Notes: generated from the letters alone by a model not told the origin. 64,000 nucleotides of DNA from Waterburya sp. (GCA_965217895.1 CBDCJV010000002.1:96001-160000), one strand, 5' to 3'; shown: positions 41,761 through 51,601, numbered from the stretch's first letter. Program-made: numbers and translations.

Positions 41761-43152
41761 ATGCCACTGTCGGAATTAGAAACTTCAGAAAATACAATAA
41801 ATAATAAAGTTACCGTAGAGTCGAAGCAAAGAGAAAAATCTCAAGGGTTTGCCCCTGTATTGAAAAATAATCGCTTCCTGATTCTTTGGAGTGGTCAAAT
41901 ATTTTCTCAGCTAGCAGACAAAGTTTACTTAGTATTAATGATCGCTATTATTGCTAATCAATTTCAATTGCCCGATCAGCCAATTAGCCAGTGGGTATCC
42001 CCTGTAATGATTGCTTTTACCATCCCTGCGGTTTTGTTTGGCTCTTTTGCGGGGGTATATGTAGATCGCTGGCAGAAAAAGTCAATTTTAGTTATTTCTA
42101 ATCTATTAAGAGGAGTATTAGTACTAGCTCTACCGCCTCTATTAGTCTTATCTCAAGGAAAAACTCTATTTGAAGGCGTTTCTTTAGGATTTGGCTTCAT
42201 GTTAGCTGTTACTTTTGTTGTCTCTACCTTTACGCAATTTTTTGCTCCCGCAGAACAAGCTGTAATTCCTTTAATCGTTAAAAAAAGAAATTTATTGGCA
42301 GCTAACTCCCTCTATACGACGACGATGATGGCGTTGCTAATTATTGGTTTTGCTATTGGAGAGCCATTGTTAAGTATTGCTGATAGTCTAGCTGTTGAGA
42401 TCGGTTTGCCCAGTCGTATAGGTAAAGCACTTTTAGTTGGTGGAGCTTATGCGATTGCTGGTATTATTTTATTGGCACTACAAACGGATGAAAAACCTAA
42501 GTCAGCCGACGAAAAGCAGCCCCGCGTCTGGCAAGATATCAAGGATGGGCTTATATATTTAGAACAAAATAGCACTGTACGCAATGCCCTGATTCAGCTA
42601 GTTATTTTGTTTTCTATTTTTGCTGCTTTGGCAGTTTTAGCGGTTAGCATGGCAGATCAAATTCCTCAGATCAAAGCCGAGGAATTTGGCATCTTGCTGG
42701 CAGCAGCAGGAGTGGGTATGGCTATTAGTTCAGCTATTCTAGGCAGTAAGGGAGAGAATCTCGATCCTACTCTATTAAGTTTAATCGGCTCAATTGGTGT
42801 AGCAGCATCTTTGGTAGGATTGTCTTTTGCTACCCAAAATCTCTGGTTTGCTTTAACGATGATTGCTTTGCTGGGTGCTTTTGCTGCTTTGGTTGGTGTG
42901 CCAATGCAAACTACTATCCAGTCTGAAACCCCAGTATCAATGAGAGGCAAAGTCTTCGGTTTACAAAACAACGCAGTTAATATTGCCCTTTCTTTACCTT
43001 TGGTGTTAGCTACCGAAGCAGAGGCTCGTTTTGGATTACCAGCGGTGATGCTGGGCTTAGGAGCGATCGCCGCCGTGGGCGGGATTTTAACCTGGTACAT
43101 TCTTCAAGAAAGTAAACAATCTTCTTCTCAGCAATCATCAAACAAGGCATAA
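41761..43152 (+). CDS. MFS transporter
   Basis: FLILWSGQIFSQLAD, AGVYVDRWQKK, QFFAPAE, RGKVFG; about 12 TM helices. Confidence 0.9.
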   Translation: MPLSELETSENTINNKVTVESKQREKSQGFAPVLKNNRFLILWSGQIFSQLADKVYLVLMIAIIANQFQLPDQPISQWVSPVMIAFTIPAVLFGSFAGVYVDRWQKKSILVISNLLRGVLVLALPPLLVLSQGKTLFEGVSLGFGFMLAVTFVVSTFTQFFAPAEQAVIPLIVKKRNLLAANSLYTTTMMALLIIGFAIGEPLLSIADSLAVEIGLPSRIGKALLVGGAYAIAGIILLALQTDEKPKSADEKQPRVWQDIKDGLIYLEQNSTVRNALIQLVILFSIFAALAVLAVSMADQIPQIKAEEFGILLAAAGVGMAISSAILGSKGENLDPTLLSLIGSIGVAASLVGLSFATQNLWFALTMIALLGAFAALVGVPMQTTIQSETPVSMRGKVFGLQNNAVNIALSLPLVLATEAEARFGLPAVMLGLGAIAAVGGILTWYILQESKQSSSQQSSNKA

Positions 43153-43327
43153 ATTGGCTATTAATCATTATTAAAAATTAGAAAAGATTAAAATTTAACA
43201 CTGGAAAGGCTGATTTTTGCAGAATCAGCCAAACCGCACCCCTAATCTGGTAAATTAACTAAAGTTGATCAACAGTAATTAAAAATCAATTATTGATTGT
43301 CGTTGCTTAAAGGAAAAGATCGTTTGA

Positions 43328-44494
43328 ATGCACATCGCTTGGCTGGGAAAAAAATCGCCCTTTTGTGGCAATGTAACCTATGGTCGGGAAATAACTAACT
43401 CACTGTTAGACAGAGACTATAAGGTTAGCTTTCTGCATTTCTCTCAACCTCAGAGTGATTATAAACTTCACTGGGAGCAGCAAACAAATCTTCATGACTC
43501 CTCTAACTGCCATGAAATTCCGCTGCCATTTATTTATAAGTCTCAGGTTTACACTATTCCTACCCTCAAGTCTAGTAAAATCTTGTTGCGATCGCTGCGT
43601 AAACTAAAACCAGATTTAGTCCATGCTTCTTTGACTCTATCTCCTTTGGATTTTTTGCTGCCAGAGATCTGCGAGGAATTAAACATTCCCCTAGTTGCTA
43701 CTTTTCATCCTCCTTTTGACAGCAAAATTCGTAATCTGAAGTCTAGCACCCAATACTTGACTTATCAGCTATACGCCCCCTTTTTGGCTCGCTACGATCG
43801 CGTCATTGTCTTCAGCGAAATTCAGCGAGATCTATTGATTAAACTAGGAGTACCAAGCGATGGCGTGGTTATTATTCCTAATGGCGTTGATGAACGTAAG
43901 TTTTCTCCTGGCTATTCCAGTCTTAAGTATCAGCTAAATGCTAAGAAATTATTTGTTTATCAAGGACGTATTTCTACCGAAAAAAATATTGAATCTCTGC
44001 TCAAAGCTTGGAAATCAGCCGACATGGGAGATGATTGTCAACTACTAATGGTTGGCGATGGTCCAATTAGAGCCTCTCTTCAGCCTCATTATGGCAAAGA
44101 ATACAATATTATCTGGCTCGGCTTTATTGCTGATGAACAACAGCGCATTAATATTTTAAGAGCTGCTGATGTGTTTATTTTACCCTCCTTGGTAGAAGGT
44201 TTATCTATATCTCTCTTAGAAGCTATGTCTTGTGGGGTAGCTTGTCTGGCAACAGATGCAGGGGCAGACGGTGAAGTTTTAGAAGACGGCGCGGGAGTAG
44301 TACTAGATACCCAAGGAGTCGCAGCACAGCTAAAAATTTTGTTACCTTTGTTTCGTAATCATCCCGAAATGACCAGCTTATTAGGCAACAAAGCTCGACA
44401 AAGAGTATTAGAAAAATATACTCTCTATCAAAATATCAACAAGCTAGAACAAATGTATTTAGAAATAGCCAATAAAGAATTTGTTTCAGCGTAA
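43328..44494 (+). CDS. Glycosyltransferase family 4
   Basis: IPNGVD, QGRISTEKN, ILPSLVEGLSISLLEAMSCG. Confidence 0.9.
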   Translation: MHIAWLGKKSPFCGNVTYGREITNSLLDRDYKVSFLHFSQPQSDYKLHWEQQTNLHDSSNCHEIPLPFIYKSQVYTIPTLKSSKILLRSLRKLKPDLVHASLTLSPLDFLLPEICEELNIPLVATFHPPFDSKIRNLKSSTQYLTYQLYAPFLARYDRVIVFSEIQRDLLIKLGVPSDGVVIIPNGVDERKFSPGYSSLKYQLNAKKLFVYQGRISTEKNIESLLKAWKSADMGDDCQLLMVGDGPIRASLQPHYGKEYNIIWLGFIADEQQRINILRAADVFILPSLVEGLSISLLEAMSCGVACLATDAGADGEVLEDGAGVVLDTQGVAAQLKILLPLFRNHPEMTSLLGNKARQRVLEKYTLYQNINKLEQMYLEIANKEFVSA

Positions 44495-44596
44495 ACATAT
44501 AAGTTTATCGTTTGTAGTAGGTAGTTTGTAGTAAGGAAAAAACTATCTACTATCTGCTTTTCTAATTCGATAATTATTGGCTATCATTAAGATCAG

Positions 44597-44671
44597 ATCG
44601 TTCATCTTTCTCCGCTCGTATGGAAAAAGACGGAAGTAAGGAATAACTCAAGCATCCTGAAGGAACGCACC
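44597..44671 (+). promoter_or_regulatory. Glutamine riboswitch (glnA RNA motif, class I)
   Basis: ATCGTTCATCT...AGACGGAAGTAAGG...CCTGAAGGAACGCACC matches the glnA motif architecture; lies directly upstream of a DUF4278 gene. Confidence 0.85.
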
Positions 44672-44693
44672 TCACAAAAATACAGCAACAGAG

Positions 44694-45062
44694 GTGACAT
44701 CCATGAAGCTAACTTATCGGGGAGTGCCATACAACGAAGAGCATCATACCCTTTCCGCACCAGCAGTGATTGAAAACAGAGAGATTATCTATCGAGGAAA
44801 TTCTCTTGGCGCGAGAATCAATCCTAAATTTCCCTGGCTGAACTATATCAAACAGCTATTTCAGAAGTCTGAATTAAGAGTTTTCGATCCAATTACATTT
44901 TGGTATAACCATAAAAGAGAATTTATTCAAGATTGCTGGAGTTTGGATCAGATAGAAAAACTCGATCGCGCTTGGAATTTGACTTTACAAATCGAAAGAA
45001 GCAAAGCGTTGAAGCAGCAAAAAACTAAATTAAAATATCGCGGTGTAACTTATTATAAATAA
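44694..45062 (+). CDS. DUF4278-domain protein; likely start ATG at 44703
   Basis: MKLTYRGVPY, IIYRG and LKYRGVTY repeats; GAGGTG RBS upstream of the ATG. Confidence 0.8.
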   Translation: MTSMKLTYRGVPYNEEHHTLSAPAVIENREIIYRGNSLGARINPKFPWLNYIKQLFQKSELRVFDPITFWYNHKREFIQDCWSLDQIEKLDRAWNLTLQIERSKALKQQKTKLKYRGVTYYK

Positions 45063-45198
45063 GTTATCGCGATCGCTGTAACAATTAGTCATTCAAAATG
45101 CTTGACGAGCGATCGTGACTCACCAACAGTTGCATCATAGATGCTATTTTACAACTCAGAGGTAGGAAAATTATTTCACAAGTAGCAGATAGCAAGTA

Positions 45199-45443
45199 GC
45201 GCAGCCTGGAGGCTGCCGACGTTGCTCCGCAACGGCGAGACGCGCTTCGCGTCTGCAAGTTCAACCTCTGCCTAAAGTCAGACAAAGGGCTTGCCCGCAT
45301 GTATTCAATTCTTGAATTATTCTTTTATCTTTTCCTCATGAATAAGGAGGCTTTAGACCAACTTCGGAGTTTTCTTAATTGCTATCTGCGCGAACTGGAG
45401 TTCGCCGACTGCACTTTGTGCAGGCGAGCCGCTCCACGCGGCT
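45199..45443. repeat. Two 56-bp three-hairpin small dispersed repeats (45199-45254 and 45388-45443)
   Basis: Same length and linkers, different but fully complementary stems (see finding). Confidence 0.8.
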
Positions 45444-45515
45444 TCTACTTGCTACTTTAACTCCGAAGGAGTTGGTAAGCAGATGGACGAATGGTAACTT
45501 TCTTAAGCTTAAGTA

Positions 45516-47222
45516 ATGGTCAAAATCATCAAACAAACAGCATCAATGCAAACTAGGGACAGAGTAAGACTAGATGCAGATATCTATCGTCCTGATACTG
45601 ATGAAGAATTGCCGATACTGTTAATGCGTCAGCCCTATGGGAAAGAAATTGCCTCGACGGTAGTTTATGCCCATCCCCGTTGGTATGCAGCCCAAGGTTA
45701 TATAGTGGTTATCCAAGATGTGCGGGGTAGAGGAACATCTGAGGGTGAGTTCGATCTGTTTTCCTATGAAGTTGCTGATGGCTTAGATACGATTAAGTGG
45801 GTGTCGCAGTTACCAAACAGTACAGCTAAAGTAGGAATGTATGGTTTTTCCTATCAGGGGATGACGCAACTATATACGGCGGTGCATCAGCCAGAGTGTT
45901 TAAAAGCGATCGCACCTGCTATGGTAGCTTACGATCTTTATACTGATTGGGCTTATGAAAACGGAGCATTTTGTTTGTATGCTAATTTAGCCTGGGCAAT
46001 TCAGCTAGCGGGAGAAACTGCACGTTTAAAAGGAGATGAAGCAGCATATTTAGAATTACGCGCTGCTGCGGATAACTTGCCGTTAAATGGCTCGATTCCC
46101 GTCAATCCTGAACTGATGCAGAGGCTAGCCCCCGATTCTTTTTATCATCAGTGGTTAAATAACTCCGATTCCACGGCAGAATATTGGCAAAGGCGATCGC
46201 CTAAATACCTTCTAGAAAATGTTAACATTCCGATGCTGCACGTTGGCGGTTGGTTCGATCCTTACCTACGGGGTACATTAAATCTGTATCAAGCCATGGC
46301 AGCTAAGGGTAAACAACCACAGCATCTTTTAATTGGACCTTGGGCGCATCTTCCCTGGGGAAGAAAACTAGGGGCGATAGATTACGGCATCCAAGCTCAA
46401 AATCCGATTGATGAAATTCAGATACGCTGGTTTGACCATTGGCTTAAAGGCAAAGACACAGGGCTATTAGAAGAGTCACCTATTTCTTTATTTGAAATGG
46501 GTAGTAATCAATGGCGCGAATTCGATCATTTTCCTAATAGCTTGAAAATTTATTACTTAGCTAGCGATGGTTTAGCAAGTATGCGAGAAGACAGCGGAAT
46601 GCTTTGGGAATATGAAGAAGCGGTCACAGAATCTACTTCTCTCAGTGGATTATTAGAAACTAACTTAAGCGAACAAGTGACAGAATTTACTAATAATACC
46701 GATATTTTGGTTCACGATCCTTGGCGACCAGTACCCGCATTGGGAGGACACGCTAGTTTTCCTAGTGGCTCTTTTGAGCGTTCTGGTCTGGACTGTCGTT
46801 CAGATATTCTTACCTATACTTCTGCACCCTTAGAGGCAGATCTACATATTGCAGGAGCAATAACTGTAGAAATTTACTGTACCATAGAACATCCCAGTTT
46901 CGATCTGTGTGCAGTACTATCAACAGTTCATGCTGATGGTAGGGTATTTAATTTTACCCAGGGTTATCTTCGAGTAACTTCTTGCGCTCGAGATACAAAT
47001 ATAGTTTCTATTCCTCTTCAGGCTACCTGTATGTTCATTAACCAAGCTCAAAGCATACGCTTAAGCCTCAGTGCTGCCTGTTTTCCTGCCTATCCTGTTA
47101 ATCCTGGCACGGGTAAGCTTCCCCATGAATCTCGCTTGATAGATATGCAGATAATTACCCTATCAATTCATTCTGGTGTTGATTATCCATCCCAAATTAA
47201 ATTATCGGTTGCTAATCCTTAA
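45516..47222 (+). CDS. CocE/NonD-family hydrolase
   Basis: LDADIYRP, QDVRGRGTSEG, nucleophile GFSYQG, GGWFDP, IGPWAH. Confidence 0.92.
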   Translation: MVKIIKQTASMQTRDRVRLDADIYRPDTDEELPILLMRQPYGKEIASTVVYAHPRWYAAQGYIVVIQDVRGRGTSEGEFDLFSYEVADGLDTIKWVSQLPNSTAKVGMYGFSYQGMTQLYTAVHQPECLKAIAPAMVAYDLYTDWAYENGAFCLYANLAWAIQLAGETARLKGDEAAYLELRAAADNLPLNGSIPVNPELMQRLAPDSFYHQWLNNSDSTAEYWQRRSPKYLLENVNIPMLHVGGWFDPYLRGTLNLYQAMAAKGKQPQHLLIGPWAHLPWGRKLGAIDYGIQAQNPIDEIQIRWFDHWLKGKDTGLLEESPISLFEMGSNQWREFDHFPNSLKIYYLASDGLASMREDSGMLWEYEEAVTESTSLSGLLETNLSEQVTEFTNNTDILVHDPWRPVPALGGHASFPSGSFERSGLDCRSDILTYTSAPLEADLHIAGAITVEIYCTIEHPSFDLCAVLSTVHADGRVFNFTQGYLRVTSCARDTNIVSIPLQATCMFINQAQSIRLSLSAACFPAYPVNPGTGKLPHESRLIDMQIITLSIHSGVDYPSQIKLSVANP

Positions 47223-47271
47223 AGCCAAATTAAGCTTTTTCTTGACTATGATAGGCAGGAAAAATTACACT

Positions 47272-48009
47272 TTAACTATTAGGAAACTCTTGAACTGTAG
47301 TGCGAGCAGCCATAGTCATTTTTCCTTGACGTATATCAAGTCGATCTATGTGTAAAGTCATTTTACCAAGTTCAAAATTGCGTAGATCTAATAGTTCTTC
47401 GGTGCTACGCAACAAAGCATCTGTTAATTGAGAATCTGTGTTTTCACCATCAGGATACTCCACGTCTTCGATAACAATCTTATTACCCTGCTCATCTATA
47501 GTTGGTTTGGCTAAAAGAGCAATCTGTTTTGTTTGCTGCGACTCGACTATTTCAAGTTCTGCCTTGAGGCTAATTTTTCCTTCTCCTGGTAAAGCAAACC
47601 TCACGTTGCTAGCGTTGACGGTAACTGTTTCACCGTCTAATTTTACTTTTTGATTCTTAAGCTTACCTTTAATATATTCAGAATTAAACGCCTGCTGTAA
47701 ATCGGATTCTAACAAAACTATTTTAGTTTCAGCATTGGTGGAAGTCTCTAACTTAATCTTGCCGAGGGCAGCTTTAAGAGGATCGATATCTATACTGTCG
47801 GTTTGTAAAATTACTCTCTCTGCTCTTAGCTCTTTTTTCATCACCATACCTTTGCCGTCGATGATGACAGATTCTAGCTTTCCTTGAGGTAAATCTAGGG
47901 CATCTGCTCTTATATCTACATCCAATTTGTCTACTTTGTCTAGCTGACTTTCTAAGCCAATTTCTACTGCCTTACTAAGTGCTTGTTCGCCAAGGTCTGG
48001 TGCGCTCAC
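47272..48009 (-). CDS. DUF2993 (LmeA-like) protein
   Basis: GEQALSK...ESQLD...LDVDIR...G.LESV.IDGKG, a typical cyanobacterial DUF2993 pattern. Confidence 0.7.
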   Translation of the reverse strand: MSAPDLGEQALSKAVEIGLESQLDKVDKLDVDIRADALDLPQGKLESVIIDGKGMVMKKELRAERVILQTDSIDIDPLKAALGKIKLETSTNAETKIVLLESDLQQAFNSEYIKGKLKNQKVKLDGETVTVNASNVRFALPGEGKISLKAELEIVESQQTKQIALLAKPTIDEQGNKIVIEDVEYPDGENTDSQLTDALLRSTEELLDLRNFELGKMTLHIDRLDIRQGKMTMAARTTVQEFPNS

Positions 48010-48205
48010 TAACTTTTTTTTCCCTTTAAATATTGCGGTTGTCTATATTATTTAAAATCAATTATATAAATTAAATATCTTCCCAAAGTAATAACTTGAA
48101 TTAATTAATAAATTTATCTTAATTATGCCAAAAATTAAAGACTACTAGCAATTAGCTAATAGCCTTAAAATTATAAAATAATCTAGTAATTAAACGGTCG
48201 TCAAT

Positions 48206-48688
48206 TTAGACTCCTGCACCAGATTTTGGTTCTGCACCAGCATTAATCACTGCATCTCTTAAGAAAGTAATTTGCTGTTCAAATTCCATTTGTTCTGTTT
48301 GAGACAGTAATTGTGTCACGCTACCAGCAGGTTTGTAATCGTCAGGTACAGGAATAATAGTTCCAGCCTCCATTCCTTGAGCCAAACGATACCAGAAATA
48401 TAGCTTAGTATTTTCGCTCAAAGAGCCATATTCACGAGAAACTAAGCTGTCTTGTCCTTCAATAATCTTACGCTGTTCTTCTAACTGTTCTTCTTGAGAT
48501 AATTCTTTTACCTGATTGAATAATCCTTCAGCAATCTCGTCTGCTGCTGCTCCTGGTGCTGCGGGAGTTACAGATTCGCCCATTTTAGTATAAACATACC
48601 AAAGTAAAGCTAATTTTTCGTCCGTGGATAAGCTATTGTAGCTGTTTAATGCTTGGGTGACGTTTTGATCTGAAGCTGCTGTAGCCAT
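48206..48688 (-). CDS. Helical carotenoid protein (stand-alone OCP N-terminal domain homolog, HCP)
   Basis: DEKLALLWYVY.KMG.SVTPAAPGAA, SREYGSLSENTKL.FWYRLAQGM, QQITFLR. Confidence 0.92.
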   Translation of the reverse strand: MATAASDQNVTQALNSYNSLSTDEKLALLWYVYTKMGESVTPAAPGAAADEIAEGLFNQVKELSQEEQLEEQRKIIEGQDSLVSREYGSLSENTKLYFWYRLAQGMEAGTIIPVPDDYKPAGSVTQLLSQTEQMEFEQQITFLRDAVINAGAEPKSGAGV

Positions 48689-48929
48689 ATTATTTATTTG
48701 TCTCCAAAACTATATTGGTTAAGCTTTTATTGCTTTAAAATACTCAAAGCCATTAGTTACAGGCTATAAATTTTCTAACCAAAAGATAACTGTACAAAGA
48801 CAGATAAATATTTAAAATAAGTTTTAACCACAGATAGATGTGGTAACACTCAATGGCTATCAACTTTCTAAACTACAGCGAAAAAGATAGTAAATTAAAA
48901 TTTTAGATTATTATGGAGCAATGTTAATG

Positions 48930-49352
48930 TTACTCGTCTTGCTTTTTTGACTGCAAACCTAATAATTCTTGTGGTGAGGCTAGTAACTTGATCTGCACTT
49001 GAGTAATTTGCTGCTGAGTGTTTAAGCTAAAGTGCCAGGCTACATTGACGCTAAACAAGGGCGTTTTAACTTTTCCTCTTACCTTTATTTGTTCTAGCTC
49101 GTCTTTAGTTATTTTTTCTGCTTGTTTTGGAAGTAGCTGCATTCCTTTAGCTTCTTTGGTTAGATAAGATGCGATCGCGCTTTTACCAGTAATAGGCTTT
49201 TCAAAGGGTGCTAGTAGTTTTCCTGCTTCTGCAAATAGTTCAGCAGTTAATTCAAACTCTTCTCTATTGATAGTTGAAAAATAATCAACAATAGCTGATT
49301 CTTCTATTCCCTCAATGGTTAAAGGTTGCTCTTTTGTATCTGTATAACTCAT
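48930..49352 (-). CDS. OCP C-terminal-domain homolog (CTDH, NTF2-like)
   Basis: IEGIEE..IVDYF.TIN...F...G.L.APFEKPI.G, GKVKTPLFSVNVAWHF, KLLASPQELL. Confidence 0.9.
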   Translation of the reverse strand: MSYTDTKEQPLTIEGIEESAIVDYFSTINREEFELTAELFAEAGKLLAPFEKPITGKSAIASYLTKEAKGMQLLPKQAEKITKDELEQIKVRGKVKTPLFSVNVAWHFSLNTQQQITQVQIKLLASPQELLGLQSKKQDE

Positions 49353-49353
49353 G

Positions 49354-49465
49354 TAAGTGGGTAGGTGTAATTAAATATAAAATGGATTTGATAGAGGTCA
49401 GAGGTCAGAAGTCAGGGCAAAAAGTTAATATTGGTATCTTATAAATGATTTCGCCCACCTACTTA
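49354..49465. mobile_element. MITE-like element with terminal inverted repeats
   Basis: TAAGTGGGTAGG ... CCCACCTACTTA with internal GGTCAGA/AGTCAG heptamers. Confidence 0.7.
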
Positions 49466-49496
49466 GTTGATAAATATAGTTTCTCTAGTTAGAGAC

Positions 49497-49719
49497 GGCA
49501 TTGTTGCACGAGTATTGTTACCAAGCAGCGTCAGATGCGGAAGTGTGCCTTGGTCGCCATCAGTACCAAATTCGGCGACTGGTCTGAGTATAACGCAGGA
49601 TTAAAACAGAGGGGAAGCCTGAAATTTTGGTTGAATGAAGATGCTTTGGAAAAATGGTTGCCTAAAATCAAAACGGGTAGAGAAGCTTTATCTTAAACCT
49701 ATAGCGACATCGCGATCGC
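49497..49719 (+). mobile_element. IS5-family (IS903-group-like) remnant: left end and degraded transposase N-terminus
   Basis: Left end GGCATTGTTGCA; translation YQIR/(frameshift)DWSEYNAGLKQRGSLKFWLNEDALEKW...*TYSDIAIA; similarity ends at GCGATCGC. Confidence 0.75.
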
Positions 49720-49825
49720 AATTTTAACAAAAGTCATGGCGATTGATGGCAGACGAAAAAGGATATAGTTGCCATCACCAGAGTTACGTTATCTTAGTAA
49801 GTAATAAAATTATAATCATTAGGAA

Positions 49826-51601
49826 GTGGCAATGAAAAGATTAATGCTGCTGTGCCTATTTGTTTTTGGAATTGGATTTGCCCTATTCAATTTTAAAGGA
49901 CTGGCACAATCAGGAGAATTTGACTCCATTATTTTAGATTTTAAAGAAGACGTGCCGATCGCCAAAGTTAGTGAAGAGATTCAAGGACTTTCTCAGAAAT
50001 ACAATCAACAGGTTCATTTAAATAGTGTCTTTTCAATTAGCGATCGCATTTATATAGTCAAGGGAGATAAACAAACTCTTAAAGAATTAAAGCGATCGCC
50101 CATTAGCAAAGATACTGAATATATTGAAGCTAATTATCAATATAAAGCTTTTGAAGCTCCTAACGACCCTGAATATAGTAAACAGTGGAATTTCCGCAAC
50201 ATTAATATTGAAAAAGCTTGGGATGAAAGCAAAGGAGAAGGTATCACCGTCGCTGTCATCGATACAGGAGTAAGTAAAGTACCTGATTTAAAACTGACTA
50301 AGTTTGTCAAAGGCTACGATTTTGTTAACGACAAAGAAAATGCTGATGATGATAATGGACATGGTACTCATGTAGCAGGAACTATTGCCCAATCGACCAA
50401 CAATGGTTATGGAGTGGCGGGAATTGCCTATCAGTCAAGCATCATGCCTTTGAAGGTTCTCTCTGGTAGTGGCGGAGGAACAATTGCCGATATCGCCGAA
50501 TCGATTAAATTTGCTGCGGACAATAGTGCAGATGTAATTAATATGAGTCTGGGCGGTGGCGGAGCTAGTACCATGATGGAAGAAGCGATTAAGTACGCCC
50601 ACGGTAAAGGGGTTGTTATTGTCGCTGCTGCGGGTAATGAAGGTCGTAATACTGCTGCTTATCCTGCCCGCTATCCTGATGTAATTAGCGTCTCTGCCAT
50701 CGATGCTGCGGGAGATAAAGCATCTTACTCTAACTTTGGTGCTGGGGTTGATATTTCTGCTCCTGGAGGCAGTGAGACGGGTAAAATTATTCAAAATACG
50801 GTCGATCCTAGCAGTGGGGAATCAGTATTTGTTGGTTTTCAGGGAACTAGTATGGCTGCTCCTCATGTAGCTGGGGTAGCTGCCTTGATTAAAGCCACTG
50901 GCGTAGAAGATCCTACAGAAGTGTCAGATATTCTTAAGCAGTCTTCTCGTAAGATCCAAGAAGACCATCTTAATCATTTTGGTGCGGGAAATCTTGATGC
51001 AGGTGCAGCAGTTCAATTGGCTCTTAAAGGCAAGATTACCTTTAATGATTTCTTCCGTTGGCTACGTAAGAGCGGTTATCTTAACATTGGTTTCTGGATC
51101 GATGGTGGAGCAGTGGCTCTGTTGCCTAAAATAGGCATGGTGATTGGTTCATATTTATTAGCTTGGTTTTTACGTAACTATTTACCTGCTACCTTGGCTC
51201 TCAACAGTGGTTTGATTTTTGGTAGCTCTGGGCTATTTTTCCTCCAGGGATTATACATCTTCGATCTTCCTCAATGGCCAATGCGCTTGTTTGGGAGTTC
51301 TTTACCCGAACTTGGTAATGTAGTATTAGGTAATTCTAACCTCAATCCCCTGTTTGCCAGTGCTTTGATTCCCTTCGTTTTAATTATCTTTTTGCTGGGC
51401 AATTCTAGCTGGAAATGGTTTGCGGTCGGTTCGAGTATTGGTGTTGCTGCCTGCTTGGGTGTCAGTGCTGTGGTCGATCCTGGTATCTGGCTTTTGGGCA
51501 GTGGCGCGATCGCCCGTACTTATCTAATAGTCAATGCTTTTCTCTGTCTTGGTTTGGCATATTTAGCTTGTCAAAAAGAACGTCGAACGGCAAGGGTTTA
51601 A
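49826..51601 (+). CDS. S8 subtilisin-like peptidase with C-terminal membrane domain
   Basis: Catalytic triad VIDTG, HGTHVAG, GTSMAAPHVAG; hydrophobic C-terminal helices. Confidence 0.93.
   Translation: MAMKRLMLLCLFVFGIGFALFNFKGLAQSGEFDSIILDFKEDVPIAKVSEEIQGLSQKYNQQVHLNSVFSISDRIYIVKGDKQTLKELKRSPISKDTEYIEANYQYKAFEAPNDPEYSKQWNFRNINIEKAWDESKGEGITVAVIDTGVSKVPDLKLTKFVKGYDFVNDKENADDDNGHGTHVAGTIAQSTNNGYGVAGIAYQSSIMPLKVLSGSGGGTIADIAESIKFAADNSADVINMSLGGGGASTMMEEAIKYAHGKGVVIVAAAGNEGRNTAAYPARYPDVISVSAIDAAGDKASYSNFGAGVDISAPGGSETGKIIQNTVDPSSGESVFVGFQGTSMAAPHVAGVAALIKATGVEDPTEVSDILKQSSRKIQEDHLNHFGAGNLDAGAAVQLALKGKITFNDFFRWLRKSGYLNIGFWIDGGAVALLPKIGMVIGSYLLAWFLRNYLPATLALNSGLIFGSSGLFFLQGLYIFDLPQWPMRLFGSSLPELGNVVLGNSNLNPLFASALIPFVLIIFLLGNSSWKWFAVGSSIGVAACLGVSAVVDPGIWLLGSGAIARTYLIVNAFLCLGLAYLACQKERRTARV

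Noticed and set aside
45085..45300. 71-aa minus-strand ORF
   Set aside because: It spans the 56-bp hairpin repeat and is most likely spurious.
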